Program-made: the position numbers and the translations under genes
Part shown: positions 56,546 through 64,000 of the stretch, piece after piece
Layout: each line of letters opens with the position of its first letter
Numbering within the stretch: position 1 is the stretch's first letter
The notes under the pieces: model-generated
Database searches by the model: none
Seen by the model: the letters and a program-made list of their open reading frames with translations, nothing else
Told to the model about the DNA's origin: nothing
DNA from: Candidatus Nanohalarchaeota archaeon
GTDB lineage: Archaea > Nanohalarchaeota > Nanosalinia > Nanosalinales > Nanosalinaceae
Assembly (NCBI GenBank): GCA_022729235.1
Contig: JALDAJ010000001.1
Location: 128,001-192,000 of the forward strand
Length of the DNA stretch: 64,000 bases
Direction: 5' to 3'

Positions 56546-59242
56546 ATGGGAGAAATAAAATTTGCGGACGAGTCGGACGCATCAGAGACTCTGCCAGAGG
56601 ATTTTGAACCATACGTGAAGAACTGGTTTAATTCACAGTTCCCTTCCCTGTCAGAACCGCAGAAGCACTCATTCAACCTCATACATAACGATGAGAACTC
56701 GCTTATATGCGCGCCAACAGGATCAGGTAAGACTCTCAGCGCGTTTCTGTCGACTCTCAACCATCTCTTCCTCATGGGAGACCAGGGCGATCTTGACGAC
56801 GAGGTCTACGTACTCTACATATCACCACTCCGGGCGCTCTCCAACGACATACAGAGAAACCTCGAACAGCCGCTGAAGGGTATAAGGGAAGCAGCTAAAG
56901 GTATGGGGATAGAGATGCCAGAGGTTCGGAGCGCGGTCAGGACCGGCGACACATCCCAGAATGAGAGGTCAAAGATGCTTGAGAAACCTCCGCACATACT
57001 CATAACCACGCCGGAATCGTTAGGGATACTGCTTGACTCGCCGAAGTTCAAGGAGAAGCTGAAGAACCTTGAATACGTAATCGTGGACGAGATACACTCA
57101 CTCAGCGAGAACAAACGGGGAGTCCATCTCTCGCTGTCGCTGGAAAGACTTGAAGAGATGGCTGATACCTCTCCGACCCGTATCGGGTTGAGCGCGACAC
57201 AGGCACCTATCGACGAAATCGCGAAATACCTTGTAGGCTACGAAGCAAACGTGGAAACAGGGGAGAAAGAAACACAGGACGGAGAAACTGTCAGGAGCGG
57301 GAAGCCTGCGGATAGAGAAGAGTTCGGGACCCGTGGATGCACGATTGTCGATGTCGCCGCATCGAAGGAAATCGACCTTGAAACCGTATCTCCTGTAAGA
57401 GATCTTATACATACGCCACCGGAAGAAGTGCGGGAGGTAATGTATGATAAGATGCACGACATGATACAGGAACACGAAACCACCATCATATTCACCAACA
57501 CCCGCTCAGCGACCGAAAGAGTCGTGAACAGCCTGAAGGAGCGCTTTTCGGATTATTACGGCGATAATATAGGTGCTCACCACTCCTCGATGTCACGTGA
57601 GGAACGCCTCAGCGTCGAGGAGAAACTGAAGCAGGGAGAGATGAAGGTCGCGGTCACATCGACCTCTCTCGAACTCGGAGTTGACATCGGGAGTGTAGAC
57701 CTGGTTCTCCAGCTAGGGTCGCCAAAGGGCGTTGCGAGAGGTATACAGAGAGTTGGGCGGTCAGGACACCAGATAGGAGAGGTCGCGAAAGGTAAGATGA
57801 TCGTAACTGATAGGGACGAGGCGATGGAGTGCTCCGTACTTACAAAATGCGCGAAGGAGGACGACCTCGACCGCATACAGATACCGACAAACTCGCTGGA
57901 CGTGCTGGCGCAGCACATAGTCGGGATGGCATGCAACCACCGCTGGGGAATCGACCACGCATTCAACGTTATCAGGCAGAGCTACAACTTCGTGGACATG
58001 GACCGGGAGGACTACGACAATGTACTCAAGTACCTGGGTGGCGAATACGAACTGGAAGACCAGAACGTCTACAGGAAGATATGGCTCGACCACGAAGACG
58101 GGCTTTTCGGGCGTTCGGGGAAGATGACCCGTGTAATCTACATGACCAATATCGGGACGATACCGGATGAAACAGGCTACGAGGTCTTAACACGCGGGAA
58201 CAAGAACTACGTCGGCTCGCTGGAAGAAGAGTTTCTTGACCGTTTAACGAAAGGCGACATATTCACGCTGGGGGGAAAGACCTACCAGTTCTCGTACGCG
58301 AAAGGCATGAAGGTTTACGTCGACCCGAAACCGCAGAAACAACCGACCGTTCCTTCCTGGTACTCGGAACGTCTACCTCTAAGCTACGACCTCGGTGTCC
58401 GTATAGGGGAGTTCAGGCGCGATGTCAAGAAGCAGATAGAGATGGGTGCGCCGGACGACGGGATAGTCGAGTGGATAATGCACAACTACTACCTCGACGA
58501 GAACACCGCGCACTCTATCTACCAGTACGTTAAGGAGCAGAAAGACTACTTCGGCGAGGTCTCCACTCACGAAGGTATAACAGTGGAGCGGTACATCGAC
58601 GAGGAGAACCGGCAGAACCTGATATTCCACACAATCTACGGCAGGAGAACACACGACGCGCTCGCCCGCATCCTGGCGCACCTGTTACAGAAACGGGTCG
58701 GGTCGAACATCGGAATGGTGATAGACGACAACGGGTTCATCCTTGTGACTCCACGCCGCCCTATCGATATAGACACATTGATGAACGAGCTCGCGGAATG
58801 CGACCTTGAAGAAGAGTTGAAGGAAGCAGTCGCGAAGACCGAGCTGATGAAACGCCGTTTCAGACACGTCGCCGGAAGAAGCCTTATGGTGCTGAGGAAC
58901 TACGCCGGTAACTCGAAGACGGTTGGACAACAACAGATGAAGTCCCACTTTTTGATAAGCGTGATACGGAACCGTTACGGGGAAGACTTCCCGATGATAA
59001 AGGAGACCTACCGGGAAATCATGGAGGGCGCGATGGACATAAAACACGTCAAAGAAGTCGTGGACGGCATCGACTCCGGTGAGGTATCGTTCGAGGTGAA
59101 GGACTCGCTGAAAGTGCCGTCACCGTTCTCACATAACCTTCTGCTCCAGGGCTCAACCGACGTGGTCAAGATGGATGACAAGAAGGAGCGCCTGCAGAAA
59201 CTGCATAAGCAGGTCATGGAAAGAATCGAAGCCGAGCACTGA
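56546..59242 (+). CDS. lhr: ATP-dependent Lhr-family helicase
   Basis: APTGSGKT, SPLRAL.NDI, TTPESL, DEIH, GLSAT, HHSS, SLELGVDIG, QRVGRSGH, RFRHVA.R and PSPFSH motifs. Confidence 0.95.
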   Translation: MGEIKFADESDASETLPEDFEPYVKNWFNSQFPSLSEPQKHSFNLIHNDENSLICAPTGSGKTLSAFLSTLNHLFLMGDQGDLDDEVYVLYISPLRALSNDIQRNLEQPLKGIREAAKGMGIEMPEVRSAVRTGDTSQNERSKMLEKPPHILITTPESLGILLDSPKFKEKLKNLEYVIVDEIHSLSENKRGVHLSLSLERLEEMADTSPTRIGLSATQAPIDEIAKYLVGYEANVETGEKETQDGETVRSGKPADREEFGTRGCTIVDVAASKEIDLETVSPVRDLIHTPPEEVREVMYDKMHDMIQEHETTIIFTNTRSATERVVNSLKERFSDYYGDNIGAHHSSMSREERLSVEEKLKQGEMKVAVTSTSLELGVDIGSVDLVLQLGSPKGVARGIQRVGRSGHQIGEVAKGKMIVTDRDEAMECSVLTKCAKEDDLDRIQIPTNSLDVLAQHIVGMACNHRWGIDHAFNVIRQSYNFVDMDREDYDNVLKYLGGEYELEDQNVYRKIWLDHEDGLFGRSGKMTRVIYMTNIGTIPDETGYEVLTRGNKNYVGSLEEEFLDRLTKGDIFTLGGKTYQFSYAKGMKVYVDPKPQKQPTVPSWYSERLPLSYDLGVRIGEFRRDVKKQIEMGAPDDGIVEWIMHNYYLDENTAHSIYQYVKEQKDYFGEVSTHEGITVERYIDEENRQNLIFHTIYGRRTHDALARILAHLLQKRVGSNIGMVIDDNGFILVTPRRPIDIDTLMNELAECDLEEELKEAVAKTELMKRRFRHVAGRSLMVLRNYAGNSKTVGQQQMKSHFLISVIRNRYGEDFPMIKETYREIMEGAMDIKHVKEVVDGIDSGEVSFEVKDSLKVPSPFSHNLLLQGSTDVVKMDDKKERLQKLHKQVMERIEAEH

Positions 59243-59274
59243 GCTATAAAATCGGGCGGTACAAACAAAGAGTC

Positions 59275-60969
59275 ATGCCTGTTGATCTTTTATCCCATTA
59301 CTTCCTGAGTCCTACAGGACTCCTCGCGCTTCTAGGACTGGTTCCTCTCATAGCGTTCTACTACTTCAAGCCGGAGCCGGAGGAGAAGGTGATGCCGTCG
59401 ATGCAGTTTTTTGCGAAAGAGGAGAAGTCCGGTGTTATCCACAGGGCGTGGAACCGGCTGATGAAGAATATCCTGCTGCTGGTCCACGTACTAGTGATAC
59501 TTGGATTTGCAGCTGCTCTCGCCGATCTATCCCTAGGTGGCGGAGTACCTGACGATGCGGTTATAGTTCTCGACAGATCCGCAAGTATGTCGAGCAGCAT
59601 GGATGATGCCAAAAGTTTCGTGGAATCTAACCTGGGGAACTCCAACACCCTGATACTGGTGGACGATGATATCGAGATCCCGCTGGAGAAAGCTTCTTCA
59701 GGAGAGGTACGCCGTTACCTGGACTCTGTGGAGTCCCGGGACACTAGGACAGATATCGCTGGCGGTCTCGACGTTGCACAGGGATACGACGGCACAGTTG
59801 TTGTTGCGAGCGACCTGAAGCAGACTGTCAGCGACCGTTCAACAGAGAACATGGTCGAGAGCATGGTAACAGAAGGACGTGATGTAAGACTCATGGACAC
59901 CGCTCCGATCAACTCTTGGGGAATCATAGATGTAAACCCTGGCAGGCACAACACTTCAGTAGATATCAAGAACTTCCGCTCTACCGGTCAGCATATCAGC
60001 GTCGAAGTCAACGGGAACACTGAAGAAGTAAGACTGGATGCGGACGAGGTCAGGACGTTGAAATTCTCATCATCTGACCTTAGCAGAGTATCTCTTCCCC
60101 CTGACGAGATGGACGCCGATGATTCTGCATACGTAAGCGTACCAGGAGAACAGGAGTTTGATGTCTTATTGATCTCTGACGACGGTAACCCTTACCTTGA
60201 GAAAGCTGTAGAACTCGTAGACTTCACAAATATCCGGACAGCCAGACCTCCTGTCAATACCGAGTTAGATGCAGATGTTTACGTGATAGGAGAGACCGAC
60301 CGCATCCTTACAGAGACCGCAGAGGAGATAGACTCACAGGTACAGGAAGGTGCTTCAGTCGTAACGTTCGCCCAGCCCCGTCTCAGGGAACTGGATATGG
60401 AAGCCTTACCCGGAGAGCTAGGGGGTGCCGGGCAGGAGAATGTGGAAATAGAGGAACCGCAGAGGATAAACATAGGTCCGACCACGGTTTACGACTTCAA
60501 CAAGAGCCAGGGAGAATCGTTATCCCACCCCGAAAACGCTGTAATAAGGTCAAGTCACGGACGCGGAGAAGTCCTTTTCTACAACGTCAACGACCAGGAC
60601 TTCCGGTACGACTTCCTCTACCCTATCTTCTGGAAAAACGTGCTTGAAGACCTTACAGGCAGACCTACTGTTGAAGAGCTAAACGTATTTACAGGAGAGA
60701 GCATAAACGATTCCAGGATAGAAACCCCTAGCGGAGAGCATAAACAGGGAGAGATAAAGATAACAGAGACAGGATTCTACAATACCTCCCGCGGCGTGTA
60801 TGCAGCAAACCTCGCCAGTGAAGCGGAATCACAGCCTGAAGAAATAGAACCTGATCTGGAGGTAGAGGATGATGAAGGAGAGAGGAGTCTTCAAAACCTG
60901 TTAGTACTTCTACTTGCGGGTATAGCCCTGACAGAGCTGATCTACCTGCGGCATACTGGTGATATATAG
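59275..60969 (+). CDS. BatA N-terminal + VWA domain membrane protein
   Basis: P.GLLALLG.VPLI..Y..KP......PS..F (BatA); MIDAS DRSAS; C-terminal TM. Confidence 0.85.
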   Translation: MPVDLLSHYFLSPTGLLALLGLVPLIAFYYFKPEPEEKVMPSMQFFAKEEKSGVIHRAWNRLMKNILLLVHVLVILGFAAALADLSLGGGVPDDAVIVLDRSASMSSSMDDAKSFVESNLGNSNTLILVDDDIEIPLEKASSGEVRRYLDSVESRDTRTDIAGGLDVAQGYDGTVVVASDLKQTVSDRSTENMVESMVTEGRDVRLMDTAPINSWGIIDVNPGRHNTSVDIKNFRSTGQHISVEVNGNTEEVRLDADEVRTLKFSSSDLSRVSLPPDEMDADDSAYVSVPGEQEFDVLLISDDGNPYLEKAVELVDFTNIRTARPPVNTELDADVYVIGETDRILTETAEEIDSQVQEGASVVTFAQPRLRELDMEALPGELGGAGQENVEIEEPQRINIGPTTVYDFNKSQGESLSHPENAVIRSSHGRGEVLFYNVNDQDFRYDFLYPIFWKNVLEDLTGRPTVEELNVFTGESINDSRIETPSGEHKQGEIKITETGFYNTSRGVYAANLASEAESQPEEIEPDLEVEDDEGERSLQNLLVLLLAGIALTELIYLRHTGDI

Positions 60970-61021
60970 TGGTTAAATCCCGGTCTTCTATTAAAAAGAG
61001 AATACAGGAGGTTTTCGAGCG

Positions 61022-63268
61022 ATGATAGGGTTCGAGAACCCTGAACTCCTTGCACTACTTGTGTTAGCGCTACCCGGTCTCTACTTCACATGGAAAAACA
61101 GCGGGCGCTACAGGACAGTTGTCAGCTTTTCACACTCAATCCTGATAGTTCTACTGGTAATAACCGCAGCAGCACCTTACATAAACGTTGACGAAGAGAG
61201 CCTGGAACAGCAGGAAATCGTGCTTTTGAAGGATGAGTCGACATCAGCGAGCCTTATGGAGGAATACGAGCTTGACCTGGGAGATATCCAGGTGAGGGAG
61301 AAAGTTATCGCATCAGGAAACGAGTCAAATCTCAGGCGCGGATTCGAGAGAAGTCTTGAACCGGACACCATGCACCTCGCGGTAAGTGATTTCCAGTCCC
61401 AGGAATCACTGGACGGTCTGGAAGAGGAGTTCAACGATAGAAACGCAACACTCAACGCGCTCAAACCATCCATGGAGAACGAGGCTTCAGTATCTATAGA
61501 AGGACCTGACTCCACTGTCCCGGGAGCGTCCAACACTTTCCGTGTCAATGTCCACTCCACAGCTGACAAACCCGTACCCCGGGTCTACCTGGACGGGTCA
61601 AGAGTATCACTTGACCAGGTTGAAGACGGTACATGGGAGTTTACCCGTAGCTTCTCGGATAAAGGTAGCTACGAGATAGAGGCGGAGATATACTCACCGG
61701 ACAGATTTGAACAAAACAACAGGTACTACCACGCCGTTGAAGTCATTGAGAAACCAAAGGTGCTTGTATACGGAAGAGAAGGTACTATGGAAGAACAGCT
61801 GGAAGAGTTTTATGACGTTGAAACTAGCGAAACACTTCCAGAAGACCTCTCGGAATACTACACCGTGATAATGAAGGAACAACCTCCTCAGGACCCTGTA
61901 GAATACGTATCACGCGGTAACGGCGTGGTCTACACCGGCGAATACGACGAAGGTATGAGTGTGTTACCGGTAAGGGCGCTACCAGAAGGTGACCAGGACC
62001 AGGGTGCCAAGGTAATGATTGTTTTCGACATCTCGATAGCGGCAGGAGAATGCGTAAGGGAACAGGAAATAGAAGGGTTCACGATATGCGTGGAAAGCGA
62101 GGGAGAAGGAGGAGCAGTCCAGGAATCAAAACAGATAGCATACAACCTCGTAGAACACTTGCCCTACAATAACAGGGTTGGAGCGGTAGCATTCAATGAT
62201 GAAGCAGTACTCATAAGCGAACCTGAGCCACTCTACCTGAACAGAGACCACCTCACTGACAGGATCTCCCGGATAGACACCGGAGGACCTTCTTACTACC
62301 ACACCGGACTGCTTGGAGGAGAAAGAGCTCTGCGCGGAGAGGGTAACATGATATTCATAACCGACGGTAAACGGCACCCTGCAGGAGAAGCAGTCAACAC
62401 TATGTCCCGGGCAGAGGCTATAGCTGAAGACCTGGATGTACAACTGATAACTGTAGGAGTAGGGGATGAGCCAAACGAAGAATTCCTCTCCGACCTCGCA
62501 GAAAAAGGAAACGGATTCTACCTCGACGCAACTGACTCTCCAAGACTCCAGTTCCGGTTTGACGCAGGAGGTGCGGCAGGAGAAACAGTACCACTTGCCG
62601 TAGTCAACCCGAATCACTTCATAACCGACGGGCTTGAACTATCCTCATCCGCAACACATTTTGACTCCGTAGAACCAAAAAGAGGAGCAGATGTGCTTGT
62701 AACCGGTACAGACGGGAGAGAGTTCCTGACAACGTGGAGATACGGACTCGGCAGGACCGCAGCATTCACCGGCGGAACCACAGAACTTTCAGAAATCTCC
62801 GAGTTCGATCCCAGAATGCTTACCAGGACCGTGAGCTGGACAGTAGGAGATCCGAAAAGAAAACAGGAGGAATGGTTGGAAGTAGACTCAGCCAGAAATC
62901 CTGAAACCGTAGAAGTCAGAGCATCTCACAACATGGACGGATTAACAAGACAGGGAGAAGACCTTTACACCACCGAATTAGAGCCAGAAGAAACAGGTTT
63001 CCACGAGTTCAACGGACGGACATACGCGTACAACTACAACTCCGAGATAGAAAAAGTAGGTTACAGCGACGAGATGGAAGAGACCGTCCGGATGACCGGA
63101 GGACAGGTCTACGAACCCGGCGAAGAGACGCGGATAAAAGAGGATTTAGAACAGTTTGGAGAGAAGAGGATAACCACCAAGAAAAACCTTTCAAAATACA
63201 TCCTGGCACTCGCCTTCATACTCTTCCTTGCCGAAGTCGGGTACAGGAAGATGAATGGTAAAAAGTGA
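61022..63268 (+). CDS. VWA-domain membrane protein (BatA-like N-terminus, GATase-like insert)
   Basis: FENP.LL.LL, DESTS, DISIA, GAVAF, FITDG, TVGVG and WRYGLGR motifs; C-terminal TM. Confidence 0.82.
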   Translation: MIGFENPELLALLVLALPGLYFTWKNSGRYRTVVSFSHSILIVLLVITAAAPYINVDEESLEQQEIVLLKDESTSASLMEEYELDLGDIQVREKVIASGNESNLRRGFERSLEPDTMHLAVSDFQSQESLDGLEEEFNDRNATLNALKPSMENEASVSIEGPDSTVPGASNTFRVNVHSTADKPVPRVYLDGSRVSLDQVEDGTWEFTRSFSDKGSYEIEAEIYSPDRFEQNNRYYHAVEVIEKPKVLVYGREGTMEEQLEEFYDVETSETLPEDLSEYYTVIMKEQPPQDPVEYVSRGNGVVYTGEYDEGMSVLPVRALPEGDQDQGAKVMIVFDISIAAGECVREQEIEGFTICVESEGEGGAVQESKQIAYNLVEHLPYNNRVGAVAFNDEAVLISEPEPLYLNRDHLTDRISRIDTGGPSYYHTGLLGGERALRGEGNMIFITDGKRHPAGEAVNTMSRAEAIAEDLDVQLITVGVGDEPNEEFLSDLAEKGNGFYLDATDSPRLQFRFDAGGAAGETVPLAVVNPNHFITDGLELSSSATHFDSVEPKRGADVLVTGTDGREFLTTWRYGLGRTAAFTGGTTELSEISEFDPRMLTRTVSWTVGDPKRKQEEWLEVDSARNPETVEVRASHNMDGLTRQGEDLYTTELEPEETGFHEFNGRTYAYNYNSEIEKVGYSDEMEETVRMTGGQVYEPGEETRIKEDLEQFGEKRITTKKNLSKYILALAFILFLAEVGYRKMNGKK

Positions 63269-63299
63269 GGTCGAGAAATATGATAAAGAGGGATAACCA

Positions 63300-63737
63300 G
63301 TGAAGACTCCGATGCTTAAGAGGAGACTGAACCCCTTCCTCCTGATCTCCACAGTTCTCATACTATCACTCCTTGCCGGACTCTCCGTACTCTACCAGGG
63401 ACAGCTCGACAACGTAGTCTCACAGAAGGAAGACCTCAGCGAGGAACTGCAGGAGAAGAACGAACGCATCGCCGAACTCCAGCAGGAAACAACCAACCTG
63501 ACGATGGAACTTGAAGACACGGAAAGCGAACTGGACCGTTACGTGGACCTGTACGAGTCCGAAAACGAACGCAGGGAAGAACTACAACAAGAAGTCGACT
63601 TCCTAGAAGGCGAACTCGGACAGTTCAGCGGAGGCGGAACAGTAAGCGAGATAAACCAGAGCCTGGATATGATGTGCGAACTTCACCTATCGGAAACAGG
63701 GGATAAACCGATTCACTGCACACAGTGGGGTCACTGA
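63300..63737 (+). CDS. Single-TM coiled-coil protein
   Basis: TM helix followed by a long heptad region. Confidence 0.7.
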   Translation: MKTPMLKRRLNPFLLISTVLILSLLAGLSVLYQGQLDNVVSQKEDLSEELQEKNERIAELQQETTNLTMELEDTESELDRYVDLYESENERREELQQEVDFLEGELGQFSGGGTVSEINQSLDMMCELHLSETGDKPIHCTQWGH

Positions 63738-64000
63738 TGAGAGTAGAGAAACTGCTTAAACGGTTGAAAAGAGAGTTCGTGAAGGTCAACCTTTTGCAGG
63801 CATCACTGGACGCGTTACTGTTCTTCCTTTCCGTCAACCTCGTACTATTCCTGTTCTCAATAGAGATAATCCCTGGATTCTCTGATACCAAGGCGCTCGC
63901 AATCCTGACCTTTTTCTTCCTGATCGGCGACCTGTACCACCGCGCCAAAAACTACAACCTGGAAATATACGAGTATGAGAACCCTGAACTAGAAGAAGTT
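63737..64000 (+). CDS. Membrane hypothetical protein, 3'-truncated by the window edge
   Basis: ATG 63737 overlaps the previous stop; MRVEKLLKRLKREF...two TMs...EYENPELEEV is open to the end of the window. Confidence 0.65.
   Translation, partial: MRVEKLLKRLKREFVKVNLLQASLDALLFFLSVNLVLFLFSIEIIPGFSDTKALAILTFFFLIGDLYHRAKNYNLEIYEYENPELEEV

Noticed and set aside
51540-59242. Inteins in rfcS or lhr
   Set aside because: RfcS is normal length, and the short acidic insert in Lhr (~57240-57330) lacks intein terminal motifs.

Overview
This is gene-dense archaeal DNA with a strongly acidic (Asp/Glu-rich) proteome. It carries gatD/gatE, a thermosome subunit, RFC, Lhr and many class III signal-peptide proteins, which best fits a halophilic DPANN archaeon (Nanohaloarchaeota-like; this taxonomy is inference). 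From left to right: (1) a flippase and a GT-C-like glycosylation pair; (2) a ~13 kb minus-strand surface/adhesin locus (4008-17204) containing an ALK/LTK-type glycine-rich domain protein, two secreted phage-tail-fibre-like repeat proteins, a 1539-aa multi-LamG protein with nested domains and a CxxC-less DsbC-like protein; (3) a divergent cluster of prepilin-like genes; (4) membrane, nuclease and copper-protein genes; (5) a tRNA-Pro(TGG)-anchored array of five small cassettes (VapBC, RelBE-like, MNT-HEPN and two orphan genes), each bounded by fragments of the tRNA 3' half, with no integrase in the window; (6) gatD-kinase-gatE, the thermosome and a probable MPG pseudogene; (7) a type IV pilus operon; (8) rfcL/rfcS, kinase, thioredoxin, MscS, ThiF, Lhr and BatA/VWA genes. 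A short two-hairpin palindromic repeat family recurs, including once in-frame in a gene, and at least two conserved genes appear to start at ATC/ATT. No CRISPR array, rRNA, reverse transcriptase, integrase or transposase was seen. All family calls come from motif recognition, not database searches.
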